Source of the DNA: Macrostomum lignano
Taxonomy: Eukaryota
DNA: 64,000 bases
Assembly (NCBI GenBank): GCA_002269645.1
Contig: NIVC01000982.1
Location: 1 to 64,000 of the forward strand
Direction: 5' to 3'
The notes below the pieces were generated by a model, which saw nothing but the letters and a program-made list of their open reading frames with translations, was not told the DNA's origin and did not search any database. How positions within the stretch are numbered: the stretch's first letter is position 1; the number at the start of each line of letters is the position of its first letter. Shown here one piece after another: positions 1-12,916 of the stretch. Position numbers and translations under genes: made by a program.

Positions 1-30
1 GAATAGCTGGACCGTGGGAAATGTGCATTC

Positions 31-332
31 TGGATATCGGGATCTGGGATATTGGGATCTGGGATATCGGGATCTGGGATATCGGGATCTGGGATATCGG
101 GATCTGGGATATCGGGATCTGGGATATCGGGATCTATATCGGGATGATATCGTGATCTGGGATATCGGATCTGGGATATCGTGATCTGGGATATCGGGAT
201 CTGGGATATCGGGATCTGGGATATCGGGATCTGATATTGGATCTGGGATATCGGATCTGGGATATCGGATCTGGGATATCGGATCTGGGATATGATCTGG
301 GATATCGGGATCTGGATATCGGGATCTGGGAT
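31..332. repeat. Minisatellite, 15-bp unit GGGATATCGGGATCT
   Basis: Direct tandem repetition visible in sequence; some units carry small deletions. Confidence 0.95.
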
Positions 333-839
333 TGTGATATATTACGAAGTATCTTTACTATCTACCTGTATTTTTCATCCCTATAAAGCCTATACAATGC
401 TGTAGTTTAGAAAATTTGATCAACAAAACGAAAATAAACAAATACGAGTGCACTTTTTCGAGGGATTCGTGAGGAAAGGAGGGGGTAGAAAATTTCTGGT
501 TGCCGGGGGCTGCTCAGCTCTCCCCACAACCGGGAGTGAATTGAAGCGTGCAAGGCCCGAAGACGCCAACGTTAATGAGCACCTACTGCTCGAGTGTGAA
601 CAGGAATGAGCGAGTGCTCGCAATGCTGACTGACCAATGCTTAATTAAGGTGGGTGAAAAGGGTTGTACCTTGCACGGCTTGCATGGTCATTGCAGGATT
701 GCATTGCTCGATTCTGCGTCAGAAAATGCGGTCGCAGTCACAGCTTGTGAAACAGTAGTCACGTCTCACCCTTTCCAAAACATTTCATCATGACTACTAG
801 GAGCTACGTTCTCTCCTTTCTTGGCCCGCACTTCCCACA

Positions 840-2118
840 AACTTAGCGCCTCAATTTCCTCCAACTTGGCGCCTCACTTTCCTCCAACTTGGCGCCTCAC
901 TTTCCTCCGACTTGGCGCCTCACTTTCCATAAATTTGCGAATCACTTTCTCCATAAATTGGCGCCTCACTTTCCACCAACTTGGCGCCTCACTTTCCTCC
1001 AACTTGGCGCCTCACTTTCCTCCAACTTGTCGCCTCACTTTCCTCCAACTCAGCGCCTTACTTTCCTCCAACTCAGCGCCTCACTTTCCTCCAATTCGGC
1101 GCCTCACTTTCCTTCAACTTGGCGCCTCGCTTTTCTCCAACTTAGCGCCTCACTTTTCTCAAACTCAGCGCCTCACTTTCCTCCAACTCGGCGCCTCACT
1201 TTCCTCCAACTCGGCACCTCACTTTCCCTCCAACTTAGCGCCTCACTTTTCTCAAACTCAGCGCCTCACTTTTCTCAAACTCAGCGCCTCACTGTCCCAA
1301 AACTTGGCGCCTTGCTTTCTCATAACTTGGCGCCTTACTGTCCCATAACTTGGCGCCTCACTGTCCCATAACTTGGCGCCTCACTTTCCTAAAACTTGGC
1401 GCCCCGCTTTCTCATAACTTGGCGCCTCACTTTCCCATAACTTGGCGCCTTACTGTCCCATAACTTGGCGCCTCACTGTCCCATAACTTGGCGCCTTACT
1501 GTCCCATAACTTGGCGCCTCACTGTCCCATAACTTGGCGCCTTACTGTCCCATAACTTGGCGCCTTAGTGTCCCATAACTTGGCGCCTTACTGTCCCATA
1601 ACTTGGCGCCTCACTTTCCTAAAACTTGGCGCCCCGCTTTCTCATAACTTGGCGCCTCACTTTCCCATAACTTGGCGCCTTACTGTCCCACAACTTGGCG
1701 CCTCACTGTCCCATAACTTGGCGCCTCACTGTCCCATAACTTGGCGTCTCACTGTCCCATAACTTGGCGCCTTACTGTCCCATAACTTGGCGCCTCACTT
1801 TCCTAAAACTTGGCGCCCCGCTTTCTCATAACTTGGCGCCTCACTTTCCCATAACTTGGCGCCTTACTGTCCCATAACTTGGCGCCTCACTGTCCCATAA
1901 CTTGGCGCCTTACTGTCCCATAACTTGGCGTCTCACCGTCCCATAACTTGGCGCCTTACTGTCCCATAACTTGGCGCCTCACTTTCCTAAAACTTGCGCC
2001 CCGCTTTCTCATAACTTGGCGCCTCACTGTCCCATAACTTGGCGCCTCACTGTCCCATAACTTGGCGCCTCACTGTCCCATAACTTGGCGCCTCACTGTC
2101 CCATAACTTGGCGCCTCA
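840..2118. repeat. Minisatellite, 23-bp unit AACTTGGCGCCTCACT(T/G)TCC(TCC/CAT)
   Basis: About 55 tandem units; variant drifts from ...TTTCCTCC to ...GTCCCAT along the array. Explains ORFs 821-1762. Confidence 0.95.
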
Positions 2119-2909
2119 CCTATTAGAAACTTGGCAACTGTCTTCATTAGCGTTTTAACTCTGCTTTAATAAATCTCGGCAGCAGAGAAAGCAGATAAAA
2201 CCGCAATGGTCTACGCGGATCCACTTAACAGATCGGCATGAAAAGAAAAAAATCCAAGTAAAAACTGTCGCATGCAGGCGCAGTATTCAGCTACAGCTAT
2301 AGTGCTCAATGTGCGCAATTTACCCACTAAACTGTATATATTATTCTCAACAGCCCGAGTCAATGAAGACCCTGTGCGTCACTTGACCAAAAATTAGAAC
2401 AGGGCGGCAACGAGTAGTAAAGATCTTCGGGAATTTCCTTTAACGCTCACCGCGGAGCTTACCTGTTTATTGCTACCCGTAATTTTAATTTTAGTCAACA
2501 TCTATGAATAATCAGTTGGTACCGCGTGCTGAGGAATCAGTGAGGCGCAGCAATAGATATTCCAAGGAGTTGATCTCTCTTGCGAATAAACAAAGGTACA
2601 ACTAAAGTGTCCAAGGCCAAAAGTAAAGTGCTAGCCTGCACGAGAGAAAGAGAGAGTGACAGTGACTGACAGACAGAGACAGAGACAGAGACAGAGACAG
2701 AGACAGACAGAGGCGGTTTACAGAGATAGACAGACAGAGACAGTTTACAGGGGTAGACAGACAGACAGACGGAGAGAGTTGCAGCTGAGAGAGCTGAAAC
2801 AGATGGAGCGCATAGGGAGCTAACGAGGTAAATTAGAGAATAAAAAGTTCCTAAAAATATTTTTACAATCCTAAATAAAACTTAAAAACTTTGCAAAACC
2901 CTAAAAATT

Positions 2910-5900
2910 GGGTGCACGACAATTGACTGCCACAATTTGACTGCCACAATTTGACTGCGGTCAATTTGACTGCCGAGAAATTTGACTGCCGACAAAATGA
3001 CTGCGGACAATTTGACTGCCGAGCAATTTGACTGCCGACAAAATGACTGCCAACAATTTGACTGCGGTCAATTTGACTGCCGAGAAATTTGACTGCCGAC
3101 AAAATGACTGCGGACAATTTGACTGCCGAGAAATTTGACTGCCGACAAAATGACTGCGGACAAAATGACTGCCAACAATTTGACTGCGGTCAATTTGACT
3201 GCGGACAATTTGACTGCCGAGCAATTTGACTGCGGACAAAATGACTGCGGACAAAATGACTGCCAACAATTTGACTGCCAACAATTTGACTGCCAACAAA
3301 ATGACTGCCGACAAAATGACTGCCAACAATTTGACTGCCAACAATTTGACTGCCAACAATTTGACTGCCAACAAAATGACTGCCGACAAAATGACTGCCA
3401 ACAATTTGACTGCCGACAATATGACTGCGGCAATTTGACTGCCGACAATATGACTGCGGCAATTTGACTGCCAACAAAATGACTGCCGACAAAATGACTG
3501 CCAACAATTTGACTGCCGACAAAATGACTGCGGCAATTTGACTGCCGACAATATGACTGCGGCAATTTGACTGCCGACAATATGACTGCGGCAATTTGAC
3601 TGCCAGCAAAAAGACTGCGGCAATTTGACTGCCGAGCAATTTGACTGCCAGCAAAATGACTGCGGCAATTTGACTGCCGACAAAATGACTGCCGAGCAAT
3701 TTGACTGCCAGCGAAATGACTGCCGGAAAAATGATGCTCCCAAAGTTTAGCACTCTGTCAACCCTTTTAAGTCTATGCATGTAGTGAAATATTGTATTTA
3801 CGAGCTAGAATGATGCAGAACAGAATACATAACCTTTATACAAGCTGTAACGGCTGTTGAAACCCTCGGATTTTGAACAGTGGGAAATGGGAATTCTAAT
3901 CTTAGGAACTATTTTGCATATATTCTAAAATCTGAGTTTAAACTCAAGCAAAAACTTTTATTATTAGTTAGGAATTAGGATAGAGTTAAACATAACATAG
4001 ATTACATTCGTGGAAAATAAGGATTGGAGGCAAACTATTGATATTGTTGGCTGGGGTGCGGCGCAGAATGTCAGAAAAACTCTGGCCTCTACCTCTGCCT
4101 CTCGATCCCTATGTCCCTTGCATCCTTTGAACCTTCTATCTTTCTTCTGTTTTCTCACTTCTCTCTCGTCTCTGCTCTCTCATCTCCCCTCTCTTATCTG
4201 TCATCGACTCATCTTACTCTTATACTCGCATGTTCTCTCACCTCTCTCCTGTGTACTCTTCTCTTCCCCTCTTTCCTTTCTCCTTTCTTCCCTTTTCTTT
4301 TCTTCTCTTCTATACTCTCTCCCTCTCTTGTCTTCTCTCATCTCTCATCTCTCCTTTCATCTCTCTCATTTCTACTCTCTCATTGAGTCTCATCTCTCCT
4401 TTCATCTCCACTATCTCATCTCTACAATCTCACCTTTCCCCTGTCTTCTTTCTCAACTTCTCTCTCATCTCTCTCTCCTCTTTTGCATAACGAGAATGCG
4501 CCTAGCAAGCTTTTCAATTTCATTCGTCAATATAAAGCTGTGCACAACTAGGCTAAGCTTTTGGTTTTGGTGTTTGGGGTTGCCAACTTGGGGGTTTGGA
4601 GTCAAAAAATGAAAGTAGAGGGTGATCAGTGGAGCCCACAAGTTTAGGTGGCGAGCAAACTCATAAAACTCCATTGTGAGAGAGAGAGGGGGGGTTTAAA
4701 CTTTAAAGTGGCAAACATTGAGGGACTGGGTGAGAGAGGAGGAGGGGTGGCCTCTTGTTTTCTATATTAATTTTATGGGCTAATAAAATTTTATGGGTTC
4801 ACTAATTGTGACTTGGCATATCTGGTATGTCCTAGCATTGCCTACTAGTCTAGACTCTACTATTAAGGTGATGATTTCCACATTTAAAGGTTCTTTCTTT
4901 CTCCTATGTCATATTAATCTCATATATTGGATGGAATCTTCCAGATTTAAAAGCAATACCATAGACTCGTACTATACAATCTATTAATAGCCTAATAGAC
5001 TAATATTTAGTATATTTGGATTAATCAGTCAAAAGCTAAAGTTAATGGTAAGCTAGCTCTATAAAGAGCACTCTGCTCAACAAACCACAGCTATGTATAG
5101 ATGATCCGTTTGAACATTCGTCATAACACATGCATGTATTGCTGAAAGGCAAATGTAGCTTGCATCATTACTCGTAAAGAACGAATTTTTAGTCCTGCAT
5201 AAATATGATCAATACATATATAAAGAGGATGTACGTGTAGTATTTGAGGCAGTCATATTGCTCGGCAGTCATTTTGTTGGCAGTCATTTTGTCGGCAGTC
5301 AAATTGCCGCAGTCTTTTTGCTGGCAGTCAAATTGCCGCAGTCATATTGTCGGCAGTCAAATTGCTGCAGTCATATTGTCGGCAGTCAAATTGTTGGCAG
5401 TCATTTTGTCGGCAGTCATTTTGTTGGCAGTCAAATTGTTGGCAGTCATTTTGTCGGCAGTCATTTTGTTGGCAGTCAAATTGTCGGCAGTCAAATTGTT
5501 GGCAGTCATTTTGTCCGCAGTCATTTTGTCGGCAGTCAAATTGCTCGGCAGTCAAATTGTCCGCAGTCAAATTGTGGCAGTCAAATTGTGGCAGTCAAAT
5601 TGTCGGCAGTCAAATTGCCGCAGTCATTTTGTCGGCAGTCAAATTGTTGGCAGTCATTTTGTCGGCAGTCATTTTGTTGGCAGTCAAATTGTTGGCAGTC
5701 ATTTTGTCGGCAGTCATTTTGTTGGCAGTCAAATTGTCGGCAGTCAAATTGTTGGCAGTCATTTTGTCCGCAGTCATTTTGTCGGCAGTCAAATTGCTCG
5801 GCAGTCAAATTGTCCGCAGTCAAATTGTGGCAGTCAAATTGTGGCAGTCAAATTGTTGGCAGTCAAATTGTTGGCAGTCAAATTGTCCGCAGTCAAATTG

Positions 5901-5938
5901 TCCGCAGTCAAATTGTGGCAGTCAATTGTCGTAGACCC
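2910..5938. mobile_element. Non-autonomous Foldback/MULE-like DNA transposon with tandem-repeat TIRs
   Basis: Termini GGGTGCACGACAATTGACTGC... and ...GCAGTCAATTGTCGTAGACCC are inverted copies. Flanked by identical 9-bp CTAAAAATT (2901-2909 and 5939-5947). Arms (~2910-3722, ~5247-5938) are arrays of 15-bp AATTTGACTGCCGAC in opposite orientation. No transposase seen in the ~1.5-kb loop. Confidence 0.88.
4090..4480. repeat. CT-rich low-complexity tract inside the Foldback loop
   Basis: Almost pure pyrimidine sequence; produces S/L/F-rich spurious ORFs. Confidence 0.8.
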
Positions 5939-8060
5939 CTAAAAATTACAACCCGAACACCCCAAGGGGTTACTGCTTTTGATAGAAGGCGGACCCAATG
6001 TTCATCTTCTGATATCTTGCCTAATAGTTCTGCTGCAACTTCCAACCCATACTCGTGCACTCGTGTACTGTCAGTCTGTCACCCTTTTGTTGACAAAATC
6101 GTAAAAATAGAGATTCTACAAAGTTTGAATAGAGCCAGCCGCCGTAAGCTGTTTCTAGACGAAAAAAGCCCACTTTCAGCTTTAAAATAGGCTCGTATAA
6201 TAACAAGCGAGTCACATGAAAATACGATAATAAAAAAATATGCCCGTGTTTTTCTGCACAGTTTTGTTATTCTGCATCTTTTCTATAAAATGCCTGTTAT
6301 GCCATTCGGGGTCACGTCTAGTTCTAGTCAGGACCACAGGGCTTGGGTGAGACACTAGGTGCTCGTTTATAATCGAGTTTTGACGAGTAGTTACGGCATA
6401 AACAGCACTCAAGATTTGATAAGGACGGGAACCGCGGATTGAAAGTTTGAGAGTAATATTTACCACGATTTTCTTTCCCAGAAAACGCAGGAAATCAAAA
6501 CTTTCAAAAAGTGTTTTTTCCACGTGAGTTTGAAGATTAAGAAAGAAGCTCCACAGCTTTTTGATTTTGCTCATTGCACTGTATTTGTGCAGTTTAAATA
6601 ATAACGGGCTAGGAGAATACTCGGTACCCGGTACTCAGTCACTCACCTGCGCTGCAACTGCAATGCTGGGAATCCGCTGAATAAAAAGATCTCAATAGAA
6701 GTAATATATTATAATTTTAAGCGTATTTATTAGTACGTTAAAACTGATTCAATTTGAATAAAAAAACGCAAGCGAAGTCCAATATAAATAAATAGCGACT
6801 TTATCTGGCCGCGGAGTCCAACTGAAGATTGTAATTGGCTGCCGTAACTGCTGCAATAGGCCTCTGTAGCTATGTACACACTCTGCTGAATGTGCATGCT
6901 TTTCTAGCCCAGATAATATTACTGGCGATTTTCGCGCCCCTGGCTTTGGCAATATTAATTTCACCGAACAAAACACGAAGTGAATAACTCACGAGCTATA
7001 ATAAGAAAATCGCGCGCGTCGGCTCTTATGCGCTATCTTAGCACACCCCCCCCCCACCAAACTAAATTGCCTCTGCGCAAGAGTGAGGGTGGCGGGCGGT
7101 GTGCGGAATGACTCGAATGAGTGAGTGTACACTTTTTTAAAATTCAACCGCGGGTCAACGCAAAACGCGGCCACTAGCCAATGTGTTATTAAAGTAAGGG
7201 TTAGCAAATACCACTTTGGGAATGGAAAACCTTGTAGCTAAACTACTAAAATTGAGATCAAACAATCGCGACCGCCACTAAAAGCCTTGGCTGATTTGTT
7301 TAAAATTATTTTAATCAATAGTTTTAAATATGCACGCGCTATGTAATCTGGGAGAGTCGTATTTAAAAATGCGCTAAATTGCCCATTTGCACCAATGTAC
7401 AGCTGGCGCCCCCTCTGTACCTGTGCAAACCAATCGGCTCTGGCGCTGAAAGGTACAACCACTAGGCCTCGTCCCTTAGACTCTTTCCGCCTCTGGATGG
7501 TGCGGTAGCTGACGTTGCGACCAAGATCCCATTACCTATAGACTCCGGGCCCGGGTTGTTTGAAGGTACACGCCAGAGGTGCGGCCGCCACCAGTCACCT
7601 GTGCAAGAGTATACACCCGGTAAAATCTCCCACTAACGAGACGGAACTCCCGGTCTGCAACAGTTCTTGACCCCACCTGTAACCTGTACTAGAAAGGGCC
7701 GATTAATGGGCTCTATGCGAGGCTTACAAGGACAGTCCAGTCAGTGCTGGAAACGATTCGACTTTTGCATGGGGGATCTTTGAGCTGGTGAGCAGTTTTA
7801 GACTACGATTCCCTCCTAAGCCCCGGGATTCCAAGTGTGGATAATAGATAACGCCATATTAATATCTTTCCTCCTAGATGGGTTCGATGCAGCAGGAGAT
7901 GGGGAAGTGCAGGTCTCTGAGCTCAGAGCTGCACATCCTATGGGGACTTATTTAGAAGTATTGTTATACTGCTATGATCATTTGGTTAAATTCGGTTCAT
8001 ACTCGGTGATCTTCCACTCTGATCCTCAGCTTCTAGTCCATGCACTGCGACACGCGCACT

Positions 8061-11000
8061 ACTACGTATCGCGCCAAATCTGCAGGGTTTTCAGATGTTT
8101 TGACGCAAAAAACGCAAATTATACTACTATCTGAAAATGAAGTAAGTAGTATACAAAAACGCTATCCTAAGCGTGATATGGCAATATGTAGTCGTAATAA
8201 TCCATGTGCTCATATATGTACATTAATTCCATGTACATTAATCCCTAAATATCTCAAATTGGATATGTACATTAATCCCATGTACATTAATCCCTATCTA
8301 TCTCAAATTGGATATGTACATTAATTCCATGTACATTAATCCCTATCTCAAATGTCCATGTCTATCCCCAATTCTATATGTACACTCACATTAATCTACA
8401 GTGTCATCCCCAGACGGCCCGCGCGCGCACCAAAATTACAACTCGAAACCCTACTACATGTACAATCTCATCCAAATGAGTCAACATTCAAGTTTTACAA
8501 ACCACGTTATATACATATTCCTATTTATATGTCAATTATTCAAAACCTACATGTAGCTGATTACACTACTACCTTTAGTAGAGTTACAAATCAAGATTCT
8601 ATTGAAAAAGACTGTATTCATATAGTTTTCACATTGAAAAGCGTATATTTTCATTTCAATAATTGAAAAAGAGAGCAAAAACAGTAAGGAGACAACAGCA
8701 AGTTGAGACTTAATTATAGCCTGTACTACCAAACCCTCCTGCACCGCGAATTGAGCGGCTGCTGGAAGCAACCTCCTCATCGCCATTCCCTCTAGTATAT
8801 CCTCACCCCTCGAAGCCCCTATACTGAATGTTGAATCACCCTTTAACTCGGACCATAGTCAAATTCAACCCTGTTCGAAAACAGCCACCCCTCCGATGTT
8901 TACCAGACACAGCGCAGACCCCATAACAAATCGAGCTAAATTTTAACACTCGCCCCTGTTCTCTCTGTCCCCCCCCTTCTAAATGCCAAGGAATTTCGAC
9001 CCTCTCTCCATTTTCAGTGTACAGACAGATCTTTCCTCAGCACAGACCATATATTAAACTTCAAAACCCCTCTCTTCTCCGATTACGTCATCCATGCCGC
9101 CCCAGTTAGCAAGAAACCAACTTTTAATGCACACATCAACCCCCGCGAGCAAATCCGAGTCCGCCAACCTCTACCTGCATTGACAAACCCCAGCTGCATT
9201 TGTAAATGTACACAGCCTATGAATCAGTGTCTCCACCGCATGCAATTCTGATTTACTTGATTCTAAACTTTGTAAATTGTATAAGTCACCCTTGCGTTAT
9301 ACTAGAAGTAGTGAAGTCCACATATTTAAATACGTGAGGCTATTCAATTCTGCCTCTCCGCATCCCCTACCTTCTCACTTCAAGCTTTCAGACTTGGTCT
9401 TTGAGACGGTCGGTTTAATCTGTTAGAAGCAGGAATGAATCATGCACTGACCTCTCCATACAAAGTAAAGTTGGAATTTCAGACAAGAAATTTGGTTATT
9501 TTAAAAGCTAAATGACTAGAAAAGCACATTTTTTTCATTAAAATGCAGCTTTTACAGTTTTTTTACGATTTTAACCTTAAAATGCAGACTTTGTTGATCA
9601 AAATCAGTAGTTTCATCACTAGAAACCATACTTTCAACAGCTAATTTGTCCAAATGTCGCTTTCAACTTGACCTTAGACTGCTTTTAAGCAGGAATGAAC
9701 CCCACACAAACATCCACAAGCCAGCCCAAAATCATCCAAAGACATGGCTATTGAAGCCTAAATTGCTAGAAATGCGCATTTTTTTCATAAGAAAATACAA
9801 ATTTTCACAGTTTTTATGCATTTTTTACGTTAAAATGCAGACTTTATTGATCAAAATCAGTAGTTTCATCACTAGAAACCATACTTTCAGCAACTAATTT
9901 GTCCAAATATCGCTTTCAACTTGACCTTAGACAGCTTTTAAGCAGGAATGAACCCCCCACGAACATACACAAGCTAGCCCAAAATCATCCAAAGACGGCT
10001 GTTGAAGACTAAATTGCTAGAAATGAGCATTTTTTCATAAGAAAACACAAATTTTCACAGTTTTTACGCATTTTTTTCGTTAAAATGCAGACTTTATTGA
10101 TCAAAATCAGTAGTTTCATCACTAGAAACCATACTTTCAGCAACTAATTTGTCCAAATATCGCTTTCAACTTGACCTGTTGAAGTTGACCAATTTTAACA
10201 CAAAATTATCACAAATGCTACTTCTGGAACTCTGAGACAGCTTTGAGCAGGAATTATAACCGCACACGGATTACCCGAGCCAGTCCAATATTCCACTGAA
10301 GCCAGGGTTTTTTAAAGCTGAATTGTTAGAATTGCTCATTCTTTCGTTTAATAAATGACAATTTTCACAGTTTTATTATTTTCTAACGTTAAAATGCGAA
10401 ATGTATTGGTCAAACTTAGTAGTTTCATCCCAAAAAGCCATAATTTCAACCGCTAATTTGTCCAAATGCTGATTTCAAAGTTGGCAAGAGACAGCTTTCG
10501 AGCAGGAATGAGTCACACACTGATCTCCATATGCACACCCCGGCCCAAGTTGGAATTCCACCCAAGACATTTTCATTGAAAGCTAAATTACTAGAAATTG
10601 CACATTTTCGTTTTAAAAAGGTCAATTTTCACAGTTTTTACTCTTTTTAACGTTAAAATGCTGACTTTATTGAACAAAATTAATCACTTCATCAGCAGAA
10701 ACCATAATTTTTACAACTTAATGCTGTTTCATCATTCAAATGTATGTATTTTGTACGTGTAATACCCCTCAAGAAGTCAGGGAAGGGATTATTCTTGAAT
10801 ATTGGGTTAAAACGTACAGTTTGCTATAAACCTAGCTATAATAATTTTAACATATACAGTAGGCGAAGCGGCCCGTTGATTTCGATTGACATTTAAACTG
10901 TCCCTCCCAGACCTCTCTCTCTCTCTCCTTCTGCACCCACCGAGAAAAGTGACTCATGCGGCAATCAGTTTGACAGGTTTAGTATATTACTGAATTGGCA

Positions 11001-12276
11001 AAACAGCCAACACACAATGTTCATTAGACTCGTCTTCACAGCACAGACCCATGTAGAACAGAACCACTCGTCCCTGTCTCTCTGACCTTACCATTTCTAA
11101 CTGTCAAGGAATTCCGACCCTCCCTCTCCAGTTTCAGTGTACAAACAGATATTTTCACAGCACAGACTCATATATTGAGCCTCCTCCAACCAAAACCCTA
11201 TCTTGATTACGTCATCCACCTCCCCCATAGAAGCAGTTAGCAAGAAACAAAATTTTTCGATGCACATATGAACACTGTGAACCATGCAAAATAGCACATC
11301 TACGGGTCGATTTTGATTGACAATTTAATACCTTTTGTTGATGCTGCTGTGTACAGTAGTCTTATTTCCGAAGCCCTAGCAGTCATCTTTTAGATGTGGT
11401 GAATCAGTGTTGTTTTTGCCAACTTTACATCTTGATTCATCCTCCAAATTCTTCAACTCTGACCATATTCAATAATTTAACCCATGCAAGTAGATTTGCC
11501 AATTCGCCAAATTAGCCAATACGAATGGGGCCAGAGGACCCACCCAAATCGAGCCCTTGTCTCTCTCAGGCCTCTCTCTCCTACACATACCCCAGAAAAG
11601 TGACTCATGAGGCAATCAGTTTAACAGGTTCAGTATACTGAATTGGCAAAACAGTAAACACCCAATGGTCAATGGACTCGTCTTCGCAGCACAGACCATT
11701 TTGAATAAAGCCAAAACACACATACACCCCTATTCTCTGACCAAACCTTTCCATTTCTAGTTGTCAACGAAATTCGACCGGCCTCTCTCTCAATCCCAAT
11801 GTACATTTTGACGAAGCAAGCAGATCTTTTCACAGCACGGACCCAGCCTCCCCCAACCAAAGCCCTATCTCTGATTACGCCATCTATACATCCCCATAGA
11901 AGCAGTTAGCAAGAAAAAAATTTCGATGCGCATATATGAACAATGCGAACCAAGCAAATCCGCGCGTCTACCAAAGCCAACCCTACCCTGCGTGCTGTAA
12001 TTGCATTTGTCAATGTACACACCCTATGAATCAGTGTCTCCTTCTTTGGAACACACGAATGCATTAGTCAGAAAGTTTGGATGCAATTAAAAACTCTCTC
12101 GATGCTTTGCGTATAAACGAGTAATCGATTGAATCAATTGTACACTTGACACATTTAATTACGTGCTGCCATGCAACGGAAAGACAGGATAATGGGGTGG
12201 GTGGTCACGCAGCCTCATTCTCTCTTTCCTACTGATTTTTCATTATCTATCAATCTCAGCTCTTTCCGGGGCAACT
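8061..12276 (+). repeat. Left arm of giant inverted repeat, with internal sub-repeats
   Basis: Contains ATGTACATTAAT short repeats (~8200-8350), about five ~250-300-bp modules (AGCAGGAAT at ~9428, 9687, 9941, 10245, 10500) and three diverged modules (~8900-9240, 11040-11300, 11680-12040). Confidence 0.9.
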
Positions 12277-12916
12277 TACTTTACATTAGTAGTAGGCAGT
12301 AGAGACAGGGACTGTGCTGCGCACAGTCACGGTCCGGCCACCCTCCGCCCGCTGCCGCCGCCTCTCAATGAATGTAAAATAGGAGTGTTAGTTCATGTAT
12401 TAATGCTCCTTGACCTGCAAAAATTATACGGTTGCTAGGCAGTGTCGTAACACAGGACATGCGTTTTTCTGTAAAGTAATAATAACCCCACCATTAATAT
12501 AGACAGTTGGTCGTGTAAACGAATGATTTGAAAGTTTAGTCTATGTTTTACAAAATGTCTCTATGAAAACTCATCTTCCTACTGACAGTAGAGTTTGCAA
12601 AAATCAGTTCTTTGAATAATGCGACATTTTCGTGAAAATATTTAAACTGCTATATTGGGCCTATGGCAGATTTTTATTGAGAAACTATCGTCATTTCCAC
12701 AGAGAAAGATAAACATGTGAAGCTTTCGTGAAGATTTCATCTTCATACTACGGGTGTCAAATTTTCCTGTATTTGACTGAACGTACGTGCATTTAGTCAT
12801 AGTCGGGGGAGTGCTTCAACCATTTCTCAGGTTTAAATCGGCTGCCGCTTGCATATGTACATCACATGTAAATGAACATGTGGTAAATCTGATGAGGAAC
12901 TATGCACAAATGCGCG

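Noticed and set aside
550-610. EHLLLEC peptide resembling a LINE C-terminal zinc knuckle
   Set aside because: Too short, the upstream CxxC is not in frame, and there is no other retroelement evidence.
821-6190. Long ORFs with repeated peptides (LAPHFPPTW, AVKLLAVIL, MTADNLT)
   Set aside because: They are translations of the 23-bp and 15-bp satellites, open in several frames and on both strands.
7400-7420. CTCF-like motif (reverse complement CAGAGGGGGCGC)
   Set aside because: A single short match with no supporting context.
8057-8066. CACTA motif at the left end of the giant palindrome, suggesting EnSpm/CACTA
   Set aside because: The right end is CGTAGT-C, not TAGTG. The inverted match stops at 8061/17131, and CACT belongs to the 6-bp TSD.
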